A stretch of 64,000 nucleotides of DNA from an uncultured Acidimicrobiia bacterium (GTDB lineage: Bacteria > Acidobacteriota > Terriglobia > Versatilivoradales > Versatilivoraceae): the NCBI GenBank assembly GCA_963786955.1, contig CAWBAT010000007.1, forward strand, positions 128,001 through 192,000, in the 5' to 3' direction. A program made the position numbers and the translations under genes. A model generated the notes under the pieces. That model was not told where the DNA came from and did not search any database. It saw only the letters and a program-made list of their open reading frames with translations. Below, piece after piece: positions 1 through 10,431 of this stretch; position 1 is the first letter of the stretch; the number at the start of each line of letters is the position of its first letter.

Positions 1-3
1 CCG

Positions 4-576
4 ATGCAGTTGGACCACGCCATTCTCATGGAAGAGATCAGCCAGGGAGAACGAGTCAGAGAATATGAGCTTGAAGGGTTGCGGCGAGGAAGGTGGATTC
101 CGCTCGCTCGAGGAACCGCAATAGGCCAAATCCGTATTCAACCATTTTCGTCCATCGAAGTGGAGGCGATCCGCGTGCGCACCACAAGTTCATCTAATCT
201 CCCGATACTTCGAAGGCTGGCCGTGTTTGCAACGAATGTCCCGCCTCCAAAAAGTTGGGAGGCTCAGCCGAAAATCTGGTCAGATAACCAGATTGGAAGC
301 TGGACGCGGGACCACTTCGAAGTGAATTTTTCGGACAAGATTAAAGCTTCAGGCGAATATCTAATGCGCTTTGTTCCGGAAGGGGGGACACCGATCCTGG
401 TCTTTAATCTGGAGATCCTGGTCGGGGGAGTTCCTCAGCCGCAGATCCTGAAAGAAGTGGCGGGTAAGAAAAATTTATATGATTTGACTTTGCCTGCCAA
501 TGGGCCAATCGTCACGATCCGCGGGCAGATACGTGGAGCGGAAGCCGGGACAGTCTTATTACGGAAAAAATTCTAA
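4..576 (+). CDS. C-terminal part of a glycoside hydrolase (alpha-L-fucosidase-like, F5/8 type C/discoidin domain); 5'-truncated by window edge
   Basis: 'E(E)ISQGERVREYELEG...W..LARGTAIG..RI' resembles the F5/8-C domain that follows GH29 catalytic domains. Confidence 0.55.
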   Translation: MQLDHAILMEEISQGERVREYELEGLRRGRWIPLARGTAIGQIRIQPFSSIEVEAIRVRTTSSSNLPILRRLAVFATNVPPPKSWEAQPKIWSDNQIGSWTRDHFEVNFSDKIKASGEYLMRFVPEGGTPILVFNLEILVGGVPQPQILKEVAGKKNLYDLTLPANGPIVTIRGQIRGAEAGTVLLRKKF

Positions 577-634
577 TTAAAGCCTCTGGCTTTGGTCTAT
601 TTTCAAGGGCCATTGGCCATGAAGTGAGGTCTCA

Positions 635-1729
635 ATGCACATCGAAGACCTGGACACACCTGCGATCCTTGTTGATCTGGACATCCTAGAGAGAAATCTA
701 GATTCTCTTGCCCATTACTGCCGGCAAAACCAAATTGCCTTGCGTCCGCACACCAAGACACACAAGACCCCACAGATTGCCAAAATGCAAATCGCGTCCG
801 GATGTCATGGGATTACCGTTGCAAAGGTTGGCGAAGCTGAAGTGATGGCGAAATCGGGAATAGAAGACATTTTGATTGCTTATCCCATTGTCGGGCAGTC
901 GAAAATAGAACGACTGACCAAGCTGGCGCAGTTAAGCAAAATCGCCGTGAGTCTGGATTCCCTCGAAGTGGCTCAGTCCATCTCAGAGGCTGCTCGTCAG
1001 GCGGGATGCCATATTCAGATTCTGGTTGAGTTTGACGTAGGAATGCATCGCTGCGGCCTTCAGTCGATTTCGGAGTGGTTGAGAGTGGCACAGGGAGTCG
1101 ATCAATTACAAAATCTTCAATTCAAGGGATTGATGTTTTACCCCGGCCACATCTGGGATCCCCCGGATCAGCAGACCGCAGCTCTCAATCAATTGAGCGC
1201 TACGATTGAAGAGATCCGGCTTGAGTCCGAAAAGGCGGGCCTGGCTATGGAAACGGTCAGTGGGGGGAGTACTCCGACAGCTTACAACAGTCACCGGGTT
1301 AGAGGTCTCACTGAAATTCGAGCGGGTACTTATGTTTTTTACGACATGAATGAATTGAAAGCCGGCTTTTGTCAGCTCTCTCAATGTGCCTTAAGAGTAC
1401 TGGTGACTGTCGTCAGCCACGCTGTAGAAGGGCGTGCCATGATTGACGGGGGTTCAAAAACTTTTTCAGGAGATCGTCTCGTATCCGGAGATCGGCTGGG
1501 ATTTGGACTGGTTACCGAGGATCCAGGCATTCAATTTGTAAGCATGTCAGAAGAGCATGGGCATCTCGATATTAGCCGCGCAAACCACAGGCCTCGGGCG
1601 GGGGACAAGCTGACGGTGATCCCAAATCACGTTTGTAGTTGCGTCAATATGCACGACCAGATTTATTACCATCGCAACGGTATTGTTGAAGAGGTGTGGA
1701 CCGTTGAAGGGCGCGGGAAGATCCGGTAA
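635..1729 (+). CDS. PLP-dependent D-threonine aldolase/D-serine dehydratase (DSD1, alanine racemase-like) family protein
   Basis: LDTPA..VDLD, RPHTKTHK (PLP Lys), GGSTP, EIRAGTYVF, SEEHG and IPNHVC motifs. Confidence 0.9.
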   Translation: MHIEDLDTPAILVDLDILERNLDSLAHYCRQNQIALRPHTKTHKTPQIAKMQIASGCHGITVAKVGEAEVMAKSGIEDILIAYPIVGQSKIERLTKLAQLSKIAVSLDSLEVAQSISEAARQAGCHIQILVEFDVGMHRCGLQSISEWLRVAQGVDQLQNLQFKGLMFYPGHIWDPPDQQTAALNQLSATIEEIRLESEKAGLAMETVSGGSTPTAYNSHRVRGLTEIRAGTYVFYDMNELKAGFCQLSQCALRVLVTVVSHAVEGRAMIDGGSKTFSGDRLVSGDRLGFGLVTEDPGIQFVSMSEEHGHLDISRANHRPRAGDKLTVIPNHVCSCVNMHDQIYYHRNGIVEEVWTVEGRGKIR

Positions 1730-1839
1730 GAGGCTTTGTCCGTGGGAGCGCAGGCATCTTGCCCGCATTTTGTCATTAACGAACCCGTCTCTACACCCTG
1801 GAGTGTGAAAGAATTGATGAGCGGGCTTATTGAGGGTTT

Positions 1840-1901
1840 GTAGTGACGACTTTAGTCGTTTCTTTTCAACCTGACTCTGGCACGACTGAAGTCGTTACTA
1901 C
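1840..1901. repeat. REPIN-like intergenic palindrome
   Basis: gtagtgacgactttagtcgt ... acgactgaagtcgttactac: GTAG-started inverted pair. Confidence 0.7.
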
Positions 1902-2153
1902 GATCTTTTCACACCTTCCCTTCTGTGAATTGAACTTCCCGGGGATTATTTAGACTCTGCTCCAGATTCTCAGTAACTCCCTCGATTAGCTGAATTGACT
2001 AAGACTTGCCAGCCACTGAGAAAAGGGGAAATGTGTTTCAGTGAAGTCTTGACTTAGGCGGAACGCGCGCTCCGCCGCGCGTTCGTGGAGCGTGCGCGGG
2101 GGACAGCAGCGCCCGCTCCACCTAGTGATGCTAAAGCAACTTCGGAATCCGGG

Positions 2154-3788
2154 TTAAGTACCTCCATCTCGTTCCCGGACAACCCATCCGTAGTTCTCAA
2201 GAAATCTCAACAGGACAGGATCTTTCACCGAAAGCGGAGGCAGCCAGTTTCCCAGCTGGCTGCGGATCCACCAGGCGCCGCTCTTGTCCTGAGGTGGGGC
2301 AAACTGATAGTTGTAGAGTTTGGCTCGAATATAGTGAGGGGGCGAGCTTGGAAATGGATTGGTGGCCAAGAGTCCGAGCGCTCCTGGATCATTGTGCAGC
2401 AACTTCCAGATAAAATGTACAGTCCATGGGTACTGGTCGGGGCTGGACATGGCGGCGAACCATATTTGCCAATCAAGCCGGTATTGATAGGGGGCGACGA
2501 TACAGGGACGGCGATAGGGGTCGCCAGGTTTGCACTTGAATTCATATTCCTTCCATTGAGTGCTGCTAGTGATTGTAGCATCTTCTGTCCCTTCGAAGAT
2601 GATTTCATTGCGCATCTGGCCGACGCTTCCGAATGCGCCGTAGGTGTTGACCAGATGGAGTGGGTCAAAAGAGGTGTTCATTGCCTGTTCAGGCGAGAGC
2701 AAATTAGTGATGGGGGAAATGCTCAATACGGCGACGAGGACGGCCAGCACAGGAACCAGAATTGTCTGGCTTCGCGATGTCCGGGCGGTGTCTCGGGCTT
2801 GGGCAACTCGGGCAACTAAACTTCTAGGGAAAATATGACATAAGAGGGTGTCGTCAAAACAGGCCAGGGCCGGGACAATCGTCAACCAATTCAGGAAAGA
2901 AAGATTTCCGCTGAAAATCAGAATCACCTGAAAGGAGAAGAGCAAGAGGCCAGCTATATGACGGGCGCGGCGCGGCCCAAAGACAAACCAGGGGCAAACC
3001 AGTTCGTTGAAATGGTTCCAGAGCGCACCCAAATTGTGAAACCAGTGAGGCATGAAGTGCAGGGTGCGGCTGAGCGGGTTGGGAATGGGTTGCGTTTCGT
3101 AGTGATAGTAAAGGCAAGTGAGATCGCGCCAGCAAGCATCTCCCCGAATCTTGATGAGGCCTGCACCTAACATAATCCTGAAAATCAGCCAGCGAAACAT
3201 CCAGATGACCAGGACTGGCGGCGGTCGGCGGGGGAATGGCCGCCCATCCATCAACGGGCAAAGGAAGATTGCCAGAAACCCTGTTTCGAGCAACTGAATC
3301 TCCCATCCGTAAGAATACCAGTCCTGGCCGATATGGACGAAGGAGAGGTACAGCCCCCACAGTGCGGCCATGAGAATGGCATTGGCATATCCGAAAAGCA
3401 CCAGCAGTGAAAGGCCCGCGCCCAGCCAGCTTAAGGAAAGGAGCCACGGATCAGAGACACCGACCCAGAATAGGCTGGGCAGCTGCCAGAAGGCAGACCC
3501 ACGCGAACCGAGGAAACGCTCAGCCTGGCGGAGGTACAAATCGGCAGGCAACAAGCCGTCCTTCCCAATGAGTGGCAGGACCTGGTTGGCCAGCGATAAA
3601 AAGGCGACGAAATAGACTAGTCCTAGCCAGCGTAAAATTAGAAAGCGTGTCAGCCAATAGGGCTGCGGTTGCTGCAAAGACGCGCTCAGCCTCTTCCGGA
3701 GGGAGGTGAGCCCACCTTGGCCGAGGTCGATGTACGCCGAAATGGACGAAGACTGGTTCACTGCCACATCGGTCGGATTAGCATGCAC
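2154..3788 (-). CDS. lipase maturation factor (LMF1) family membrane protein
   Basis: GQDWYSYGWEIQLLETGF, CWRDLTCLYYHYETQPIPNP and PYQYRLDWQIWFAAM signatures. Confidence 0.92.
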   Translation of the reverse strand: MHANPTDVAVNQSSSISAYIDLGQGGLTSLRKRLSASLQQPQPYWLTRFLILRWLGLVYFVAFLSLANQVLPLIGKDGLLPADLYLRQAERFLGSRGSAFWQLPSLFWVGVSDPWLLSLSWLGAGLSLLVLFGYANAILMAALWGLYLSFVHIGQDWYSYGWEIQLLETGFLAIFLCPLMDGRPFPRRPPPVLVIWMFRWLIFRIMLGAGLIKIRGDACWRDLTCLYYHYETQPIPNPLSRTLHFMPHWFHNLGALWNHFNELVCPWFVFGPRRARHIAGLLLFSFQVILIFSGNLSFLNWLTIVPALACFDDTLLCHIFPRSLVARVAQARDTARTSRSQTILVPVLAVLVAVLSISPITNLLSPEQAMNTSFDPLHLVNTYGAFGSVGQMRNEIIFEGTEDATITSSTQWKEYEFKCKPGDPYRRPCIVAPYQYRLDWQIWFAAMSSPDQYPWTVHFIWKLLHNDPGALGLLATNPFPSSPPHYIRAKLYNYQFAPPQDKSGAWWIRSQLGNWLPPLSVKDPVLLRFLENYGWVVRERDGGT

Positions 3789-3884
3789 GTCGATTCAACC
3801 TGTAGGGGCAAAGCTTTCGTCACTAGAAAAGAAATTCTTCCCAATATCCCCAGCGAATGCTTTGCCCTTTCAATTACGATGGCT

Positions 3885-4481
3885 TCAGCGCTGAACCATC
3901 TTTTTCCAATAGGCGATGGCGAGGACTAAGAAAACCAAGGAGGTTAGTATGGTTAACACAATCAACAGGTTATTGTGGAGCAGGTCTAGCACCACATGCC
4001 AGTTCTCTCCGAAAAAGTACCCAAGCAAAAGAAACGAAGAAACCCAGACAAAAGCGCCGGAATAAGCAAAGGCCATGAAAGTAGGAGCTTCCAATTCTGA
4101 GAGGCCAGCCGCTATTGCGGTCAGGTGCCTGACCCCCGGCACGAAGTAACCTACCGCCAAAGTCCAGTACCCGATTCTTCTGAACCAATCATGGGTCTTA
4201 TCCAGTCGTTCTGGAGTGATTCCAAAGTATCTTCCGTAATGGGAGACCACCCTCCGGCCGAGCAGCCGTCCCAGCAAATAGCTTATCGAAATACCGCAAC
4301 TACTGCCCAGGCAACCCGCAATGAGCGTCGCAACCGGGTGCAGAATACCCCGAAATATCAAATACCCGGAGAAAACAAGTAATGTCTCGTCCGGCACGGG
4401 TAATCCGACAATGCCGAGGAGCAACAACGAAAAAATTCCGAAATAACCGTAAGACGATATCCAATGTTCAATGTGTTCCAT
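3885..4481 (-). CDS. DedA family membrane protein
   Basis: GLPVPDET and YFVPGVRH motifs; start moved to ATG 4481 (MEHIEHW). Confidence 0.9.
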   Translation of the reverse strand: MEHIEHWISSYGYFGIFSLLLLGIVGLPVPDETLLVFSGYLIFRGILHPVATLIAGCLGSSCGISISYLLGRLLGRRVVSHYGRYFGITPERLDKTHDWFRRIGYWTLAVGYFVPGVRHLTAIAAGLSELEAPTFMAFAYSGAFVWVSSFLLLGYFFGENWHVVLDLLHNNLLIVLTILTSLVFLVLAIAYWKKMVQR

Positions 4482-4563
4482 TTGTGTCCAGGAAGTTAAA
4501 CGATGATGCAGAGGTGTTTCGCGCGAACTGACTACCAAACCGGAGAAATGTCGACTCGCAGTG

Positions 4564-5433
4564 TTACTGATGCATTCTCCATCCACCGCCAACATAAAGG
4601 AGCTGTCCTGTTAGCCAATGGGCTTGTTCAGAGGCCAGAAAGACAATCACCTCGGCTACGTCCCTCGGAGATCCGATCCGGCCGAGCGGAGTATTCGAAG
4701 CGATGTTCTCGACCTCTTGAGGTGTCAGGTAACCAGTCTGAATCGGGCCTGGAGCTACAACATTTACCGTAATCCCATATTTGCCTAGTTCAACGGCCGC
4801 TGAACGGCTGTAGGACTCAATGGCATGTTTGCTGGCGGCGTAACTGATGTTGGCGGCATGCGCATGCGCCGCATCGGTGCTCACATTGATGACCCGACCG
4901 CCGCGGGCCTTTCTTTTGAGATAGCGCTGCACATATTCAGTCATCATGAGAGCATAGGCTCGTGCATTGACCACAAAGTGTGCGTCAATAACAGATGGGG
5001 TGGGAAGGTGAATTCCAAAGCCTTCATCGGTGACTAGCCCGGGGTCAAAGGTTTCCAGAACGCAATAAGTGTGATTGTTGATCAGAATATCCACTGGACC
5101 CAGCGACCGTTCACATCGGTCAAACAAGCGGGGAATGACGGCAGGATCGGACAGATCGACTTCATGGGCGGCACAAATACCCCCCTCGGCTTGAATCGCT
5201 TGGACTAAAGGCTCTGGAGGCGTTTGCTGCATCGCCCGGAAAAAAGTTTCTCCGCCCAGGCCTGCCTGGCGTGATTCCTCTAACTCCTTTTCGGAAAAGC
5301 GGCAGGGCTCACGATAGAAAGTAATAAAAACCTTCGCTTGCTGCTCTGCAAATGCCTTGGCGGTGGCTGCGCCAATGCCGTGATTGGCGCCGGTAACGAG
5401 AACTACTTTATTTTTGAGTTGAGTGTCAATCAT
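4564..5433 (-). CDS. SDR family oxidoreductase
   Basis: TGANHGIG, YAASK catalytic motif, PLGRIGSPRDVA. Confidence 0.92.
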   Translation of the reverse strand: MIDTQLKNKVVLVTGANHGIGAATAKAFAEQQAKVFITFYREPCRFSEKELEESRQAGLGGETFFRAMQQTPPEPLVQAIQAEGGICAAHEVDLSDPAVIPRLFDRCERSLGPVDILINNHTYCVLETFDPGLVTDEGFGIHLPTPSVIDAHFVVNARAYALMMTEYVQRYLKRKARGGRVINVSTDAAHAHAANISYAASKHAIESYSRSAAVELGKYGITVNVVAPGPIQTGYLTPQEVENIASNTPLGRIGSPRDVAEVIVFLASEQAHWLTGQLLYVGGGWRMHQ

Positions 5434-5455
5434 GGGAATGACTCCTTGAACAAAC

Positions 5456-7543
5456 CTACTTCCATTTGACTACGCCCGCTTTGACCAGATCTTCGAGATA
5501 TCTCGCGATGGCTTCGGTCTTGAACGGAGTAAACTCTGCACTGAGAGCATTGCGGATTTCTGATACCGTGCGTTTGCCATCAATGAAATTGACCAGCTCG
5601 AAGCGGGCATCACCATGCAGAGGGAAGTCGGGTGAACGATACCAAGCTCGCTCCTGCTCCGGCAGGCTGCTTTCAGGAAGACTGAAACTCAGGGGGCCTC
5701 GTGTCAAACGCAAGGGAATACGTCCATCCATTTTCGGCTCAATAGGGGAAACAGCGGAAGCATCCAGGCCGCAGGACTGAGCGAGGGTTCGTAATCCCGT
5801 TGCGAGAGACAGGTGTTGCGTCCCGAGTATTTCCTGCATGGCTTTGACTGCAGTTTGGACATCACTTGCATCGTTAAAATAAAGAATGGAGGCCATCACT
5901 TGTTTTTCACGATTTAGCGCCAGATTCAAGATGTTTTGTGCCTCTGCCCAAGTGAGAGCACACGGTTCCTTCGTCCCCGCAGTCATCAGGCGATGACTGC
6001 GCAACGCTGCCAACCCCAGACGTTCGGCGGCCTTTGCCCCTGTCCAAGAAACCCACTCAAGAGCTTGCACTGGATCAAGATTTGCCAAGTACCACAAGGC
6101 TCCTGTAGCGATGATCTCGCTGCGTTCCAGTTCTATGGGATCGACTTTGTCTGGTGTATCTTCGGAGGTATGATGGGTATAATCGGGGCTGTGGGACAGC
6201 ATGATCCCGGGTATCTTTCGGTCGATGAACATCATGTGGTCACTGCCTCCAGTATAAGGAGTCACCTGATAATTGGGGAGGGAGAGGCTTCCCCTGAGTG
6301 TCCGGATGTTCATCCGCGCAACCATGGCAGCGAGGTCAGCCACCAAGTCGTTCACTGCAGACGGCAAGGAATCGGGTGTCTGTGTAACAATCAGCTGCGA
6401 ATGCAGCAATTCGAGTTGCTCCCCAACCATGTCCAAGTTCAGATTCGCGAGAAATCTTCCTCCGAGAGCTGGGCCGGCCAGCTCCGGGTGGGCGTCTACG
6501 TAAGCCATTGTGCCGTTCCACTCTGGAACCCAGAGGAATCGCAGGGTCCGTTTTGGCTGAGGCAATTTCCCGGAATCGATCAAGTTTTTGAGCGACCGCG
6601 CGATGTCGAGTATCGCCGCTGAACCGCTGGCGTTGTCGTTTGCAGATTCCTTTGGATGATCGAGGTGGGCGCTGAAAACCAATTCCTCGTCTGGGTGTTC
6701 CGAGCCAAGGATTTTTGCGACAACCACATCGATGAAGTAGGGCTCCAGCCCTGTGCCAGAGACCGTGCCTTTCAAAACAACCTTCTTTCCCTCTAAGAGT
6801 AGGTCGCGGAGCTTTTTCCCTTGCCGATGAGTGAGATTGAATCCGAAGGTCACCCTGTCCAGTTCCTCGGCGCGCGGCCACATGCCGGTATACTGCAGCA
6901 TATCAGGATGATCTTGAGCGCGCGCATCATCGAGATAGCAGACTACGGCACGAGCTCCGTACTTCAGGACAGCCAAGCGGTGAACGTCGCCGCCATACCC
7001 GGTAGCCAGCACCATCTTCCCGGCTATGTCTTTGCCGGCATAGTCGGCATCGGTCACGCCTGCCCCCACCCATACCAACTCTGTCGTGACGTTTCCCGGG
7101 TTTGAGTTGGTGATGACGCTCATCGCGATTTCGGGATAACCGACAATCCGCTCTTCAAACGGTTCGAGCATCCGTAGCTCCGCGGACTGGATGTCCCAAC
7201 CCGAAGGCGATTGCCAGGTCTGATAGGTTACTTTTCCATTCGACGGGAAGGATTCGATGAAGGCCTCTTTTTCGTCGAAGCCGAACTGGCGTAGTTGAGC
7301 GAGGACGTATTGGGCTGCGGCCCTGTACCCGCGAGACGATTGAATCCGATGGTGTCGGGTGATTTCAATAACATGTTCTTTGGCGAGTTCGCCACTGAGT
7401 TCTTCATGCAAGAGGTCACGCAGTTTTGCATCCAGCAGACCGGAGTGCGCCTGAGCATTCAAAGAGACCGCTAACGCCAAGGTTAATCCACTAAAGAGGA
7501 GCACACGGATTCCGATTTCACGTCGAATGAGCCTTGAAGTCAC
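5456..7543 (-). CDS. exported M28 family zinc peptidase (DUF4910-like) with C-terminal winged helix
   Basis: signal peptide; AHLDH, ANDNASG, PE, LDMVG, GSDH and HHTSEDT motifs. Confidence 0.85.
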   Translation of the reverse strand: MTSRLIRREIGIRVLLFSGLTLALAVSLNAQAHSGLLDAKLRDLLHEELSGELAKEHVIEITRHHRIQSSRGYRAAAQYVLAQLRQFGFDEKEAFIESFPSNGKVTYQTWQSPSGWDIQSAELRMLEPFEERIVGYPEIAMSVITNSNPGNVTTELVWVGAGVTDADYAGKDIAGKMVLATGYGGDVHRLAVLKYGARAVVCYLDDARAQDHPDMLQYTGMWPRAEELDRVTFGFNLTHRQGKKLRDLLLEGKKVVLKGTVSGTGLEPYFIDVVVAKILGSEHPDEELVFSAHLDHPKESANDNASGSAAILDIARSLKNLIDSGKLPQPKRTLRFLWVPEWNGTMAYVDAHPELAGPALGGRFLANLNLDMVGEQLELLHSQLIVTQTPDSLPSAVNDLVADLAAMVARMNIRTLRGSLSLPNYQVTPYTGGSDHMMFIDRKIPGIMLSHSPDYTHHTSEDTPDKVDPIELERSEIIATGALWYLANLDPVQALEWVSWTGAKAAERLGLAALRSHRLMTAGTKEPCALTWAEAQNILNLALNREKQVMASILYFNDASDVQTAVKAMQEILGTQHLSLATGLRTLAQSCGLDASAVSPIEPKMDGRIPLRLTRGPLSFSLPESSLPEQERAWYRSPDFPLHGDARFELVNFIDGKRTVSEIRNALSAEFTPFKTEAIARYLEDLVKAGVVKWK

Positions 7544-7570
7544 GATCTTACAACCTCGAGCCGGTTTGAA

Positions 7571-8950
7571 TTACCCGGAAATGAACTTGAGAATTGCCCC
7601 CATTGCCTCACGCAGCGCGCCTTGTTCCATTCCATAGCGCAAGCGCTGCTTCAAAGGGTTCCGATAGGAATAAGGGATGGCCCGCATGACTTTCCCCGCC
7701 AGGCGGAGGGATTGTCGTTCGATGCGACTACTCCGAGAGAAACGGTGCAATTTGGCTTTAGCCTGCTTCCGAAATTGTCGCGGTGCATCCAAGAGTGCAT
7801 CCAGAATGACCGAACTGGAAACCTGTTGGATTTCAGGAAGAGGGCAACGCGCACAAATGATTTCAGCAGGATACTCCCCTTCAACCTCGGTGAGGCAGCG
7901 TCGAGCTTCCTGCAGACAAGAACTATTCCACAGTCGATGAAAGGCCCCTTGACCCAGTTCCCCCCAGTTGGGATCGCCAGGATATCTCCCGCAACAAGAA
8001 GATAAGGACCCGTCTGCATTGATGCAGGCCTTCAAATAGAGCCAGTCGCAGGGATAACGTTCAAGGGAGGGTGTGGCGGATTCCGAACGCGTTACTCCGT
8101 CATGACGGATGTCTCCGAGAGCAGCGGTCCCGTGCAGACTATCTTCGTCGATGGCCCGGGCTAGATTATTCTTTTCTCCGGACAGTTGGGTGAGTTTTGC
8201 GTACTGGGCCGGCTGTCTGTCCCGTATGGCTTTCTCGGATTGATAAGGTTCACGGACGAATCGATCTTGGGAGGGTAACCAATCGGGGTGCCTGTTCAAG
8301 TCAACATAGGGAGCTGAGGGCCGGAAATCAACTCCAATTTCTTGGGCATGTTGAGATGCTTTCGGTAATTCATGCTCATTAAATGAAAACACCAGATACT
8401 GCCAAACCAATCGTGGCTTCTCTAATTTCAGTTGGTGCCGCAGTCGCGCCAGTGTTTCGAGGTTCGACATGGCCAGACGGAAATCCCCCTGGACGCGGTA
8501 GGTCTCGTAAGTTTCCTGGCTAAAGCCATCTATGGAAATGATGACATAGTCGGGTTGACAGCGAATAAACTGTTCCAAAAACTCTTCGGTAAGTGGTAAG
8601 GAAATATTCGTGCTTAGACGGACCCTGATGGCGTGCCTTTTCAAATACGCAATCATGTCCAGGAGCCTTTTATTCAGAAAAGGCTCTCCCCAGTTATCGA
8701 GATCAACATGAAAAAGGTATGGCGCCAGCTCGTCAATGAGGGACTTGAATAAATTCCAATCCAATGCGGTGTAGGGCTGTAGTGGCGAAGTCATCCCGTG
8801 AATACAAAAGGGACATTTGAGCTGACAGACCGAGGCTGCATCCAGAGTCAAACTGATAGGATAACTTTCCACTCTCTGTTTGTGAGCCTGCTGTTCTTCC
8901 AAAGCACGGAACAAATTCTCATATCTTCTCTGGATGCCCTGCTCGTACAC
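7571..8950 (-). CDS. radical SAM / SPASM(twitch) domain protein
   Basis: CQLKCPFC, NWGEPFL; C-terminal C...INADG...CC...CARC. Confidence 0.88.
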   Translation of the reverse strand: MYEQGIQRRYENLFRALEEQQAHKQRVESYPISLTLDAASVCQLKCPFCIHGMTSPLQPYTALDWNLFKSLIDELAPYLFHVDLDNWGEPFLNKRLLDMIAYLKRHAIRVRLSTNISLPLTEEFLEQFIRCQPDYVIISIDGFSQETYETYRVQGDFRLAMSNLETLARLRHQLKLEKPRLVWQYLVFSFNEHELPKASQHAQEIGVDFRPSAPYVDLNRHPDWLPSQDRFVREPYQSEKAIRDRQPAQYAKLTQLSGEKNNLARAIDEDSLHGTAALGDIRHDGVTRSESATPSLERYPCDWLYLKACINADGSLSSCCGRYPGDPNWGELGQGAFHRLWNSSCLQEARRCLTEVEGEYPAEIICARCPLPEIQQVSSSVILDALLDAPRQFRKQAKAKLHRFSRSSRIERQSLRLAGKVMRAIPYSYRNPLKQRLRYGMEQGALREAMGAILKFISG

Positions 8951-9042
8951 TCGTTCACTCCCGTTTCAGTTTTTCAGTCCAACATTAAAGTTCACCAGTA
9001 GAAATCGCGAAAAAGGAAATTCCCGTCCGGTGGAGTTTCGCA

Positions 9043-9198
9043 TTATCTTTTCTCTTTGTATTCTCTGACGCCATCTACCCATCGCGGGGATGAGGTGAGT
9101 TTGTATTTGTCAAAGCTCTCTTCATCCGCCAGAAACCAGCGGAGAGTCGGGTTGAGAGAGGCGTAGGGCGATTCGGCAAAGAAGGGATGGAGTGCCAA
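9043..9198 (-). pseudogene. internally deleted type III restriction (Res/DEAD helicase) subunit remnant
   Basis: TTG-started 51-aa ORF MALHPFFAESPYASLNPTLRWFLADEESFDKYKLTS...DGVREYKEKR resembles the N-terminus joined to the C-terminus of Res subunits (recognised from memory). Confidence 0.6.
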
Positions 9199-9264
9199 TA
9201 TTCTTCCCCTCAATTTACCGCGAATACACGCGAATTAACGCTAATCATGTTTTTTGTTTCGCGT

Positions 9265-9678
9265 TCATTGGCGTTCATGAGTGGTTTTTTTTGTATTGGC
9301 ATAGCGCTTCCATTCGAGTTGAGGCGTGCCAAAATTGACGATCAAACCAAGCGGCAGCTTCGTGGCGTTAAGATAGTTCAACAGTTGCGCCTCTTCCAGT
9401 TCGGTTATTTCTTTGATCGCCTTAATCTCCACGATAATGCGGTCGAAACAAAGAAAATCAGCTACATATTCTTTTTGAAGTATCCGATCCCTGTATTGAA
9501 TCTGAATCTTTTTCTGCGCCTCAAAAGGAACACGGCTTTCTTTTAACTCGATCTCCATCGCCTCCTGATACACCGCCTCAAGAAAGCCACAGCCCAGCGT
9601 ATTAGAAACCGTCATTGCCGACCCGACAATACGGTACGTCTCTTCTTTATAGATTAATTCGCGTTGATTGGCGTTCAT
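9265..9678 (-). CDS. GxxExxY protein
   Basis: LGCGFLEAVYQEA, ADFLC...IIVEIKA, EAQLLNYL, GLIVNFG. Confidence 0.95.
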   Translation of the reverse strand: MNANQRELIYKEETYRIVGSAMTVSNTLGCGFLEAVYQEAMEIELKESRVPFEAQKKIQIQYRDRILQKEYVADFLCFDRIIVEIKAIKEITELEEAQLLNYLNATKLPLGLIVNFGTPQLEWKRYANTKKTTHERQ

Positions 9679-9855
9679 TAGCGGTTCCTACCGCGTACAC
9701 CTACTTTAACAATCGTTATGGTGTCATTGCCGAAGATTTCCACCACTTTGACCGCCAGCTTACGCCGACCCGGAGCGCAATTGTGAAAAACACTGCTCAG
9801 TTCCAGCGAGCGGTCTTTCTTGGTGCGGAAGGATTCCCACTCGTTCTCAAAATAG
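9678..9855 (-). pseudogene. C-terminal fragment of site-specific DNA methyltransferase (type III Mod-like)
   Basis: FENEWESFRTKKDRSLEL...GRRKLAVKVVEIFGNDT resembles the Mod C-terminal tail; no catalytic domain upstream. Confidence 0.65.
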
Positions 9856-9885
9856 CTTGCCCTAATGGCCAGGGTTATCACCCCT

Positions 9886-10431
9886 CTACCGGATATCGAT
9901 GTCCATGTCTTTGAAGTACAATTGTTGGGCTTCTTTCGTGATCCCGTGGGTGAGCTTCAGACCGCAATGTTTGACAAGGTACTCTTCGATGGGAATCCAC
10001 TTGTCATCAATCCTAATTTGTTTGGTCCAAGCGCAAATCGTGAGGAGTTTTCCCATTTCCCGGATCTTCTTCTTAGCTTTAGCTGTTTCGGTTCCCAGCA
10101 TGGCCGTTATCCAAATGACCAAAATAACGGCAGACCGATCCATGATGACGACCCATCGTGGGACGCCAATTTTGGGAGAGAATAGATAGCCAACTATGGC
10201 TAAGAGGCTGCACAAGAATGCCAACCCCAAAGTGTATTCACGGCGATCACTCATCAGGCTGATCATTATGGGGATTACATAGAAAACTGTGATGGTAACG
10301 CCCAATGGAAGTTGCAGGTCGACATATAGAATGACCGCAGTCACTGCCAGAGCTGTTACGAGAGAGACTTGTGCCAACGCTTTAAATATTCTGTTCATCT
10401 GATACTCCATTTGGAAAATCCCAACATCCAA
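9886..10431 (-). CDS. small membrane sensor-like protein (4 TM plus C-terminal 'ICAW.K.IR...THGI' domain)
   Basis: DLQLPLGV...YVIP TM sensor segment; C-terminal LTICAWTKQIR...W..IEEYL..H...LTHGI. Confidence 0.6.
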   Translation of the reverse strand: MDVGIFQMEYQMNRIFKALAQVSLVTALAVTAVILYVDLQLPLGVTITVFYVIPIMISLMSDRREYTLGLAFLCSLLAIVGYLFSPKIGVPRWVVIMDRSAVILVIWITAMLGTETAKAKKKIREMGKLLTICAWTKQIRIDDKWIPIEEYLVKHCGLKLTHGITKEAQQLYFKDMDIDIR

